Positions 9,881 to 18,845 of a stretch of DNA of 64,000 bases are shown one piece after another (position 1 is the stretch's first letter; every line of letters begins with the position of its first letter). Origin of the DNA: Spirochaetaceae bacterium (GTDB lineage: Bacteria > Spirochaetota > Spirochaetia > WRBN01). A program made the translations under genes and the position numbers. The DNA lies in the NCBI GenBank assembly GCA_009784515.1, contig WRBN01000001.1:628-64627 (forward strand), in the 5' to 3' direction. The notes under the pieces were generated by a model, which was given only the letters and a program-made list of their open reading frames with translations, had not been told where the DNA came from and did not search any database.

Positions 9881-10207
9881 ATGAGCGTAACTTTTGGTAA
9901 CGAAGTAAGCGGCAAAGCCGGCGATACCGGTATCAGCCGTAAAGTGTTAAGTTACAATAACGATATAATGCTGGTAGAGGTTAGCGTAACGGCCGGTAAT
10001 CAAGTGGCGGTACATAGCCACCCTCACAAACAGATAAGTTATGTAGCTAAAGGCAGCTTTGAAGTTACCATTAATGACCAAAACTACACCTTAACGGCCG
10101 GCGACAGTTTTATGCCCTTGCCTAATGAACCGCACGGGGCCAAAGCTTTAAGCGATGGTATGCTGATTGAATTTTTTAGCCCTATCCGCGAAGATTTTTT
10201 GCAATAA
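9881..10207 (+). CDS. Cupin domain protein
   Basis: HSHPHKQ...PHG cupin metal motifs. Paralogue at 50261..50587. Confidence 0.8.
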   Translation: MSVTFGNEVSGKAGDTGISRKVLSYNNDIMLVEVSVTAGNQVAVHSHPHKQISYVAKGSFEVTINDQNYTLTAGDSFMPLPNEPHGAKALSDGMLIEFFSPIREDFLQ

Positions 10208-10227
10208 TTAAAATACCCTCTTTAACA

Positions 10228-10257
10228 AGCCGGCCGCTTTATACGGCCGGCTATTTT
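10228..10257. terminator. Bidirectional terminator between convergent genes
   Basis: AGCCGGCCG-loop-CGGCCGGCT followed by ATTTT. Confidence 0.6.
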
Positions 10258-10262
10258 AAATT

Positions 10263-10595
10263 TTATATAATTCTTGTCTGTTTGGTTTTAGCTTGCCAAA
10301 CCGGATAGGGCAGCTGCCCATTAAAAATTACTCCTTGGCTGGCAGCTAAGGTAGCGGTAGCTATATCGCCTAACTTTAAAGCTTCGGCTTTAATAGATAG
10401 CTCCATCGATTTAAACTCATCGCTGGCTTTGGGCCGCCTAAGCACTTCCGCAAATTTGGCTATCCTTAAACTACAGGCAATAAGTTCGTGGCTTACCTCT
10501 TTAAAATCGTAGGCAATCCTCTGTAAGCTCTCCTTATCAATTATTCCTAACTCTAAGGCCAAGCTAAAGCTTTCGTAAAATTGTTGTGCTGTCAT
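10263..10595 (-). CDS. Hypothetical protein
   Basis: ORF with a GGAGGAAG SD. No motif recognised. Confidence 0.5.
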   Translation of the reverse strand: MTAQQFYESFSLALELGIIDKESLQRIAYDFKEVSHELIACSLRIAKFAEVLRRPKASDEFKSMELSIKAEALKLGDIATATLAASQGVIFNGQLPYPVWQAKTKQTRII

Positions 10596-10743
10596 TTACA
10601 ACTTCCTCCCCATTGGCACAAAGATAAAACCTTATTAGCAATAAAAAAAGTTATTTGTTTCCAGTTGACGCTTAATTAACAATTTACCTGCCAACTGTAA
10701 CCAATTTGTAGCTTTAATTACATACGGGCTTTAGGCAACCTAA

Positions 10744-10772
10744 TTGACTAAGCTTTTAAAAAGCCTTATAAT
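10744..10772 (+). promoter_or_regulatory. Sigma70-like promoter TTGACT-17-TATAAT, 6 nt from the ykgJ-like GTG
   Basis: Direct reading. Confidence 0.5.
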
Positions 10773-10778
10773 ATAAAA

Positions 10779-11222
10779 GTGGAAGATTTTTACAAAGATG
10801 GCCTACATTTTAGCTGCATAACGTGCTCTAACTGCTGTCGCAACGAAGCAGGTTATGTTTTTTTAAGCAAAACCGATTTATTTAACTTAACCGGCCAGCT
10901 TAATATTGATGAAGCCGCTTTTCTTAACAATTATTGCCGTACCGTTAATACCTTTGATGAGGTGCAGCTGTCTTTGCTGGAAAAAGATAACCACGACTGC
11001 ATCTTTTGGAGCGCCGATAGTAAAGATTGTACCGTTTATGCGGCAAGACCGCTGCAATGCCGCCTTTATCCCTTTTGGCCATCTATGCTTAAAGCCGATG
11101 TATGGCAAAAAGCAAAAAGCAGCTGTAAGGGGCTAGATAATGGTGAGTTTTATAGCAAAGAACAAATTGAGCTTTTATTAAAACAACGTGAGGCCGAACC
11201 ATTAATCACCCTGAACAACTAA
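10779..11222 (+). CDS. YkgJ-family cysteine-cluster protein (GTG start)
   Basis: CITCSNCCRNEAGYV CxxCxxCC cluster and a C-terminal Cys-rich part. Confidence 0.7.
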   Translation: MEDFYKDGLHFSCITCSNCCRNEAGYVFLSKTDLFNLTGQLNIDEAAFLNNYCRTVNTFDEVQLSLLEKDNHDCIFWSADSKDCTVYAARPLQCRLYPFWPSMLKADVWQKAKSSCKGLDNGEFYSKEQIELLLKQREAEPLITLNN

Positions 11223-11403
11223 CCACCTTTACTTTGCAGCTTAATAAAGAGCAAGTAATTACCTTATATGCTTTGCTTTGCCAGCAAGAAAAGCTTAATT
11301 TGCCCTTAGTAGCTGTCCATAACCAGCTAAGTAATTTAGCCTTTCCCTTATTAACCATTGAGGAAAGCGCCAATCTTAAAAATTTATTAAAGGATAATTA
11401 AAT

Positions 11404-12456
11404 ATGAAAAAATTTTTACTGCGTTTAGTCATTTTTAGTTTAGCTTTTACCGTAACAATCGCCGCTATTTTAGCTATTAGCGCCTATAACTTTAACCGTC
11501 CTACAACCTTAAACAGCGAGGCTAATTTTACGGTAGCCGCTGGGGCTGGGGCCAGTCAAATTGCCATCAATTTGCAAAGTGCCGGTTTAATACGCAACGC
11601 CACTTTTTTTCGTATCCATGCTCGTTTTACCGGTAATCAATCACTTTTTAGAGCCGGTAGCTACACCATTCCTGCCGGTTTAACTACCGCCGCTATCTCG
11701 CAGCTTTTAGTAGAAGGTGTACCCGATATTCTTTACAGCGTTACCATTCCCGAAGGACGCACCTTAAGGCAAACCGCCAATATTTTATATAACAATGGTT
11801 TTATAGCCGATCCGGCCGATTTTATCACCGCCGCCAGCAATCCCGAATTATTGCAACGCTGGCATATTTTAGCCGATACGGCGCAAGGTTTCTTGTTTCC
11901 CAGCACCTATCGTATGCCCAAGCCTTACCCGGCCGAACGTATTGCCGAGTTGATGATTCGCACCTTTTATCAGCAACTTGCCACTGTAGCTCCGTGGTGG
12001 GATACCCTTACTCTGCAAGAACTTAACTATCGTGTTAATATGGCCGGCCTTGTAGAAAAAGAGTACCGTGTACCCGGCGAAGCTGCTTTGATGGCCAGCG
12101 TTTTTTTTAACCGCCTCGAGCGCGGCATAAGGTTGGAAAGCTGCGCCAGTGTGGTTTACGTCATAACCGAAATACTAGGCCGCCCGCACCCTACTCGTCT
12201 TTTTTATGTCGACCTTGATATAGACCACCCTTACAATGTTTACCGCAATCATGGCCTGCCGCCTTCACCAATTAGCAGCCCGGGCCTAGTTGCTCTTAAT
12301 GCCGCCTTTAACCCGGCTACTACCAACTACCTCTTTTTTGTGGTAAACGAGGCGGCCACCGGGATACCCGGCAGTCACCAATTTTCGGAGACTTACGCCC
12401 AGCACTTACAAGGCAGAGAAGCTTATATTTTGGCTACCTTTAGCCCACAGTATTAA
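11404..12456 (+). CDS. mltG: Endolytic murein transglycosylase MltG (YceG-like)
   Basis: N-terminal TM anchor plus YceG-like domain (IPEG.T...I...L, LASVVYNRL-like FFNRLERGIRLESCASV). Confidence 0.85.
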   Translation: MKKFLLRLVIFSLAFTVTIAAILAISAYNFNRPTTLNSEANFTVAAGAGASQIAINLQSAGLIRNATFFRIHARFTGNQSLFRAGSYTIPAGLTTAAISQLLVEGVPDILYSVTIPEGRTLRQTANILYNNGFIADPADFITAASNPELLQRWHILADTAQGFLFPSTYRMPKPYPAERIAELMIRTFYQQLATVAPWWDTLTLQELNYRVNMAGLVEKEYRVPGEAALMASVFFNRLERGIRLESCASVVYVITEILGRPHPTRLFYVDLDIDHPYNVYRNHGLPPSPISSPGLVALNAAFNPATTNYLFFVVNEAATGIPGSHQFSETYAQHLQGREAYILATFSPQY

Positions 12457-12574
12457 AGTGGGTTTTTGCTTTTCTACTAATCGGAAGTATCCCTTTAAGC
12501 ATGAATACTAATTGAATAATAACTCAACACTATTATTTTCTTTATTGTTAAATAGGCGATACTCTGCTTTTATT

Positions 12575-13068
12575 TTACCGTCTTCCGATATAGCCAGCCT
12601 CTATTCTGGCTTTTATTCTTTTATCTGTAGGGTTTTGATAGGGGACGGCCACTTGGTTTTTATAAAATTTATTATCTTTAACTTTTGTCGCATGTAAAAT
12701 AGAACGATGGGCAGTAGTAAATTTATGCGGGCTATGCCCTACATTCGTATTATATACCCAAACATAATCATTGACATTATAAGAGTTATCATCTAAGTAT
12801 TTAACTCTTAAATAGGCATTCTGTTTAGGGTAATTCATCATAAACAAATTGCCATCAGGTTTTAACACCCTCATACTCTCTTTAGTTAAAGTTATATACC
12901 AATCTATATAATCATTCCACTTTTGGTTATAATTTTTTTCCAGCATAGTTAATACCTACGTTATAATCGGGGGTCGCCATAGACTAAATCGATGCTGTTA
13001 TCTGGTAATTTTTTTAAGACACTTAGTACATCTTCATTAAAGACTTTGTTGCGAAATTCTTCTAACAT
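12575..13068 (-). pseudogene. Beta-class N4/N6 DNA methyltransferase remnant (second MTase of the R-M cassette), with frame breaks and a 3' truncation
   Basis: The ATG at 13068 gives MLEEFRNKVFNEDVLSVLKKLPDNSIDLVYGDP, then stops. Coding sense continues in two other frames across a C5 tract (12969-12973) and an A7 tract (12933-12939). It ends before any FxGxG motif. Confidence 0.7.
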
Positions 13069-13071
13069 TAA

Positions 13072-13784
13072 TTAACCTATAATCTTATATTGGGCACTTT
13101 TTAATAATTTTATACTATTGTAATTATTAAAATCATCAAAGCCATAGTTCCAAATAGAGTATATATCGCCACGTTTTTCAAAAAAGAGTAAACTTACTGT
13201 TTTTGCCGTATGGTGTTGCCATTGCCTATACGGATAATATAATTGTCTTATAATCGTATTTTTTGTTTTTGAGTTTTTTGCCTCAATTAAGACAACTTGG
13301 TTTTTGCCTTCATACCCAGCGTCAACCTCTGTTTGTACACTTTCTATCGTAATTTTTTGATTAAACTCTCCAACAGCAAAATCAAATTTGGGGCTGTATT
13401 TTCTGCCACGAATAGTTAGCACCAGTGTATCATCATTCATAAAAGAACGAATTAAACTAGAAGCATAAGCAAAATCGAGGTGCTGCATTTCAGAGTTACC
13501 TATTAAAGATGTCTCTAAAGTAAAATCCAGTTTAGATTTATAAATAATAGGTTCAGTAGTTATTTCTGGTATATCTACATACCCTTCCCCTTGTAAAATA
13601 GCATACGTCCCATTTTTTACAGGAAGTAAGAAAAGGTTATTTTTGATGAAAACTTCAGGACGGTCTTCACGTGTATCTTGTTTGCAAAGAACACGCACCT
13701 CCCGCTCATTAGTGGTGGTAAAATGGGCGGTAGCTCTTTTAATATCTTCCGCACTTAAAATATAAGGTTTTTCAGTGAAATCAT
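13072..13784 (-). CDS. Putative type II restriction endonuclease. The long frame has no ATG; an upstream ATG lies in another frame across an A5 tract.
   Basis: Lies between two MTase genes. PD-(D/E)xK-like VDAGYEGKNQVVLIEAK. Frame is open 13072..13848 but the only canonical start is the GTG at 13698. The ATG at 13784 is one -1 shift away. Confidence 0.45.
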
Positions 13785-13790
13785 GCTGGG

Positions 13791-14786
13791 TTATGCTATA
13801 TTTATCAAATATCGCTTGCCATGGTTTGTGGTTAATCTTTCGCTCCTCTCATAATTTGTAATAAGTAATTCATTTATTTTTCCTCGCCCATCTGCTTTGC
13901 AGTTAATAGCTCTGCTGGCAGAAACTTTAAAAAAATTGTAGCCCTTATAAGCTTCTTCAAAAAAACTATCATTAGGGTTAATGTTCGTTGAGTCAGAGTT
14001 AGAGAGCATAAGCTTAGCCCCCTGTTCTTTGTCCAGCTTCTTAAAAAAATTGGCTAACTCTAATTGGTTTTTATCTGTAAACTCAAAACCCGTATAGGTG
14101 GTAAAGCTTGAAGTAGAAGATAGTGGCCTGTACGGTGGGTCAAAATAGACAAAAGTTTGCTCATTTATATGTGGATAACAATTAAAATACTCTGCATGAA
14201 TTATCTCTGCATTTTTTAAACACTTAGAAACGGCTTTAATATTAGTAGGGTCATAAATTTTTACCGTTTTATATTTGCCGAATGGTACATTAAATTTACC
14301 TTTTTGATTAACTCTAAATAACCCATTAAAACAAGTTTTATTTAAAAAAATAAACTGAGCAGCTCTTAACACCCAATCTTTCGATATATTTTTGTAATCT
14401 ATTTCGGGCTTGCTTTCGTTAAAATCTTTGCGAATAGAGAGAAAAAGCGTATTTCTTTCTTCTGTAGGTGTTTCATCGTAACGCTTTTGATAAGCTTCTA
14501 AAATTTTTAATAAATCGTTAGCTCTTTTTTGCACAACATTATAGGTTAAAATAAGGTCTTGGTTTAAATCATAAAGATAAGCTTGCTTTATCTTATACTT
14601 CACTGAAAGAGCAAAATATAATGCCCCACCACCAAGAAATGGCTCTACGTAACAATTTATCATGCCATTTTCTAATTGGTACGGGTAATACTCTTCAAAC
14701 TGTTTTAAAAGCCGTCCTTTACCGCCCGCCCACTTTAAAACAGGACGGGCAATAGTAGGTTGTTCAAATAAAAGCGCCGCGCTCAT
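13791..14786 (-). CDS. Dam-family (D12 class) N6-adenine DNA methyltransferase
   Basis: LKWAGGKGRLL, EPFLGGGA and FDPPY motifs. Confidence 0.9.
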   Translation of the reverse strand: MSAALLFEQPTIARPVLKWAGGKGRLLKQFEEYYPYQLENGMINCYVEPFLGGGALYFALSVKYKIKQAYLYDLNQDLILTYNVVQKRANDLLKILEAYQKRYDETPTEERNTLFLSIRKDFNESKPEIDYKNISKDWVLRAAQFIFLNKTCFNGLFRVNQKGKFNVPFGKYKTVKIYDPTNIKAVSKCLKNAEIIHAEYFNCYPHINEQTFVYFDPPYRPLSSTSSFTTYTGFEFTDKNQLELANFFKKLDKEQGAKLMLSNSDSTNINPNDSFFEEAYKGYNFFKVSASRAINCKADGRGKINELLITNYERSERLTTNHGKRYLINIA

Positions 14787-14792
14787 TCCATC

Positions 14793-16040
14793 TTACTCGT
14801 TAAACCCACGCACATATTCATCTATCTGCATAGCGGTAATTTTGGCCTGCTGCATAGCTTCTACCACAGTTTTGGCCCCAGTAGCCACATCGCCGGCGGC
14901 AAAAACACCTGCACGGCTGGTCTGCCCACCCTCTGCTACCTGCACTAAGCCTTTTTTATCTACACCAATACCTTTAGTGCTATCCACAATAAAACTACGC
15001 GGCCCCTGACTAATAGCTATAATAACCGAATCGGCTTTTACCAAATAATCGCTGCCCGGAATATCATTAACGGCCAGTACTTTACCCTCTTCGTCTTCAA
15101 TAGTCTCTGTTTTAATAAACATAACACCTTCATCGGTAATCTTTAACGGACGATGACAATCATTTAAGGTAGCTCCCTCCGTAAGAGCATGCTCTATTTC
15201 ACTCTTAGTAGATTTAAGATGTTTAGCGGCCGACCTTACATAAAGACCCACTTCACGGCTGCCTTGCCTAAGCGCCGTACGCGCCACGTCAACGGCCGAA
15301 TTGCCTGCGCCAATAATTACCACTCGGTTACCAAGCGAAAAACTCTCAGGATTTTTTAAATAGTTAATGGCAAAATGGACATGCCCTAAACTTTCACCCT
15401 CTATACCTAAAGTGATGGGCCGCCACACACCTGTACCCATAAAAATAGCTTTATAACCATCTCTAAATAAATCATCAACGGTTAAGCCACCTACACCCAC
15501 CACTACGTTAAAACGTATCTTTATCCCCATCTCTATTAAGCGCTTATGGTAATAAGCTAAAATATCTTTAGGCAACCTAAAAGAAGGAATACCATATTGC
15601 AAAATCCCGCCAATTTTTTCATGCGCCTCAAAAATGGTAACTCTGTAGCCCATTTCGGCCAATTTTATGGCAATAGTTAGCCCGGCCGGGCCGCTGCCAA
15701 TAATAGCAATAAGCGGCCCTGTATTTTGGGGACGAACCTTAACAGGTAAATTAATATAAAAAGAAGAAATATAATGCTCGATACTGCCAAAATGCACGGT
15801 ATTACCTTTACGTGCTAAAACACAGCTGCCTTCGCATTGTTTTTCGTGGTTACAAACAAGGCCGCACACCATAGAAAGAGGGTTATTCTCAAAAAGCACT
15901 CTCCCCGCTTCTTCTATCTTATGGTCTTGTAAGAGGTTAATCACCTCTGGAATGGCCGTATTGGCTGGACAACCCTTTTTACAAAGCGGTTTACCACATT
16001 GCAGACAACGTTTTGCCTCCTCGATAACATCAAAATCCAT
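14793..16040 (-). CDS. GltD-family NAD(P)H-dependent oxidoreductase (glutamate synthase small-chain-like)
   Basis: N-terminal Fe-S Cys clusters (CLQCGKPLCKKGCP) and two Rossmann motifs (GSGPAGL, GAGNSAVD). Confidence 0.8.
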   Translation of the reverse strand: MDFDVIEEAKRCLQCGKPLCKKGCPANTAIPEVINLLQDHKIEEAGRVLFENNPLSMVCGLVCNHEKQCEGSCVLARKGNTVHFGSIEHYISSFYINLPVKVRPQNTGPLIAIIGSGPAGLTIAIKLAEMGYRVTIFEAHEKIGGILQYGIPSFRLPKDILAYYHKRLIEMGIKIRFNVVVGVGGLTVDDLFRDGYKAIFMGTGVWRPITLGIEGESLGHVHFAINYLKNPESFSLGNRVVIIGAGNSAVDVARTALRQGSREVGLYVRSAAKHLKSTKSEIEHALTEGATLNDCHRPLKITDEGVMFIKTETIEDEEGKVLAVNDIPGSDYLVKADSVIIAISQGPRSFIVDSTKGIGVDKKGLVQVAEGGQTSRAGVFAAGDVATGAKTVVEAMQQAKITAMQIDEYVRGFNE

Positions 16041-16115
16041 AAATAACCTCCTTTAATATTTTTTATTACAGTTTTACCTTAAAAAAGATGCCAACCGGCT
16101 TATAGCCTTCTAGCC

Positions 16116-18824
16116 CTAAAAATTAGCCTTAGTTATCTCAATCACATCATATTTATAGCGACGGTCGTTAAGGGTAAAGGCTAAACTTTCACCCATTTTG
16201 GCACCCAACAGTTTTTCGGCAAAGGGAGCTAAGTAACTAAGAATTTTTTTATCGGGATTGCTCTCCCATGGGCCAAGTATGGTATACACCTCTTTTTTTT
16301 TACCGCCGGTAATTTGCAGGGTTACCACCGTACCAAACGATACCTGTTTGGTATCCACATTAGCTTCTTCAAAAATACGCAGGTTACCTAAATCTTTTTG
16401 CAACCTGCCTACCTCTTGCTGCAACTGCTCTTGACGCTCTTTACCAAAAATATACTCGGCATTTTCCTTAAGGTCGCCCTTCTTAATGGCTTCGCCAATC
16501 TCGGCCGAGTTTTTAGGAATTTCCACTTCGGTAAGGTTTTTAAGCTCGGCCGATTTCTCTAAGTAACTCTTTTCGGTAGCCCAAACGGGGCCGGCCGCTC
16601 GGCTGCTGCTCTTAGCGGCTTCGCTCTTTTGCCTAATAGTAGTTTTAACTAATTTTAAATTGGGGTGCTTATCTTTAATTTGGTTGGCAAGTTCATTAAG
16701 ATAGTTACCATCTATCTCATTAACATCACTTAATAAACCATAAAGGCGGTTGGCTAATTCTTCATCACCTTCTTCTATCACCGTATAAAGCAGGCCGTTT
16801 TTAAATAAAATAGTAAGCAGCTGGCGATAATACCGTTTACTGCCGGCTAAATCGCGCTTTTGGGTTACATTACGCGCCGTAATATCTAGCAGATGGATTA
16901 AATTGATAGCTACTTTTTCTAGCTTAATTTCATATCTATCCTCGCTATTATGCACATGCTCGGCTAACCAAAAAAACGGCTCGTAAGATAAACGATAACG
17001 CTCTGTAATAAGGCTAAAAGCTTTTTTTATTTCCTCATTACGGCCTACTCGTTTTAATTCGTTAATAATGGTAGCGCTTGGGTACTGCGGCAATAACATA
17101 ATAAATAATTCTTGCCAATTATCTAAATTACGCAAGACTAATTGTAAAAAATCTTCTTTTAAATTAACACTTTCCAGCTTAGCAAAGGTGGCTTCAATAT
17201 CGTCAATATCACTGCACAAATCGTTAAAACTATAAGGCAAGGTTACACTAACCACCGTAGTTTTTAATAATTTTTGTACTAATAAATAACTGGCTACCAC
17301 CTGTTCGCTGGTAATAGGAGCTTTTAAGTAGTTAAAAAAGTAATTAAACATATCATCAAAATATTCGTTACCGGCTTCAGCGGCCTGTAAAAACTCTTCG
17401 AGGATAATAATGCGTTTAAAGAAGTTAGTTTCTGATTTAAAGTTGTTAGAGAGTTTTTCTTCCAGCGAAGCCGGGCTGGTACGCAAGGTAAAACTATCCC
17501 CTTTGCTGGCCACATTACCAAACTCGCTATCGGTTTTAAGTATCTTACGGGCTTCACTGCTAAAGCTGCTCCATTCGCTATTCGAGAGTATGCCTTCGCT
17601 GTCGGTAGGCGAAAGCTCGGCTTTAACCTTTTTCATATCGCTTTTACCCTCAAAGCTGGCGGCAATTACTTTTAAAGCTAAGGCCGGATTCTTCTTAAAG
17701 CGTTCGCGTAATTTATCACGCGGTACGGTAGCCTTTAATACCCAAATATGGTTATCGTCTAAACTTAATAACGAACTTACTGCCATTTCAAAGCTCATGG
17801 TATGGCCGCGCTTTTTGGCAAAATCGATAATAACATTGTCTTCGGCCATTTCTTTAATGCGGCCTACCCCCCAAGTGCGATGGTAAACAAAGCGGTTTTT
17901 ATCTAATTTAATATGTTTTTCAAAACTATCAATCGCCTCTTGCACCGGCTTCCAATTTTGAGCTAAATTAGAAATAGCCAAACACTCTTCATAACGTTTA
18001 CTATCTTTATATTTTTCGCGGTAACATTCGATAAGTAATTTACGCGAGCCGCTATCTTTAGAGTTAAAGTTAAGTAATTTTTTTAAGGTAGTTATAGCTA
18101 AATCCCACTTCCCTTGCTCTTTGTAGTGGTTAAGCAATAGTTTTTGCAATTCTATAACCTTAGCTGGCTCCATAGTTTTTTCGGCCTTTAAAATAAGCGA
18201 GTTAAATAAGTCATCACTATCGGCGCAATAAACTAACAATTTTTGCCATACTTCGTATAGGCCGGCAAAAAGCTTACGGTTAATATAACGGTAGCTGGCT
18301 TTTTTATAGTAAGAAACCGCCTCATCGGTGTTACCTTTAGCTTCGTAATAACGGGCCAGCTCGGTTACCAGCTCGGTATCTTCGTAATCAAGCTTAGCAA
18401 GCCTCTCTAAGGTAAGATAACGCGCCGGCTCGTTATCTTGTTTTTCGTAACTTTTGGCTAAAGCCCTTAACACTACCTTATTTTCACCGCTCTTTAACAT
18501 TTTTTGAGCAATGTACTCTACAATCAGCCATTTATTTGCTTCGCTAAATTTGGCTATTAAAGTTAAAAGGTCGGCATCTTCAAGTTGATCTCGCTCCCAA
18601 GCTATTATCCCGGAGAGATACATAGCCAGTACGCTGCTTTTATTTTCGCCAATTTTTTCATCACATAAAGCCTTTACTTCGGCCGCTTTACCGGTAGTAT
18701 AAGCTTCGTTAAGTAATAGCTCAAAGCTTTCAAATTGCTGCACAGTACAATCAAGCAAAGCTTGGCGTGTCCACATCTCTTCGGTTAAAATACCATTAAT
18801 GCGCTCTAACAAGGTATCCGACAT
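16116..18824 (-). CDS. greA: Long-form transcription elongation factor GreA (902 aa)
   Basis: C-terminal Gre coiled-coil plus FKBP-like domain (VSFGTVVTLQ...ILGPWESNP). Central CarD/TRCF-RID-like segment (RTWGVGRIKEMAEDNVIIDF). Helical-repeat N-terminus. Confidence 0.8.
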   Translation of the reverse strand: MSDTLLERINGILTEEMWTRQALLDCTVQQFESFELLLNEAYTTGKAAEVKALCDEKIGENKSSVLAMYLSGIIAWERDQLEDADLLTLIAKFSEANKWLIVEYIAQKMLKSGENKVVLRALAKSYEKQDNEPARYLTLERLAKLDYEDTELVTELARYYEAKGNTDEAVSYYKKASYRYINRKLFAGLYEVWQKLLVYCADSDDLFNSLILKAEKTMEPAKVIELQKLLLNHYKEQGKWDLAITTLKKLLNFNSKDSGSRKLLIECYREKYKDSKRYEECLAISNLAQNWKPVQEAIDSFEKHIKLDKNRFVYHRTWGVGRIKEMAEDNVIIDFAKKRGHTMSFEMAVSSLLSLDDNHIWVLKATVPRDKLRERFKKNPALALKVIAASFEGKSDMKKVKAELSPTDSEGILSNSEWSSFSSEARKILKTDSEFGNVASKGDSFTLRTSPASLEEKLSNNFKSETNFFKRIIILEEFLQAAEAGNEYFDDMFNYFFNYLKAPITSEQVVASYLLVQKLLKTTVVSVTLPYSFNDLCSDIDDIEATFAKLESVNLKEDFLQLVLRNLDNWQELFIMLLPQYPSATIINELKRVGRNEEIKKAFSLITERYRLSYEPFFWLAEHVHNSEDRYEIKLEKVAINLIHLLDITARNVTQKRDLAGSKRYYRQLLTILFKNGLLYTVIEEGDEELANRLYGLLSDVNEIDGNYLNELANQIKDKHPNLKLVKTTIRQKSEAAKSSSRAAGPVWATEKSYLEKSAELKNLTEVEIPKNSAEIGEAIKKGDLKENAEYIFGKERQEQLQQEVGRLQKDLGNLRIFEEANVDTKQVSFGTVVTLQITGGKKKEVYTILGPWESNPDKKILSYLAPFAEKLLGAKMGESLAFTLNDRRYKYDVIEITKANF

Positions 18825-18845
18825 TATAAATCTCCAGTTTTTAAT

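Noticed and set aside
12512-12697. 61-aa plus-strand ORF
   Set aside because: It overlaps the methyltransferase remnant on the other strand, whose translation shows clear MTase similarity. It has no expression signals.
17410-17886. 158-aa ORF inside greA, plus similar shadow ORFs at 788..1000, 3780..3965, 4525..5567, 7577..7873, 8870..9229, 9226..9444, 28774..29121, 29292..29734, 35058..35696, 38170..39531, 40343..41533, 53022..54545 and 63095..63502
   Set aside because: All lie within or antisense to genes with clear family motifs, and none has a recognisable motif of its own. They are treated as non-coding shadow frames.
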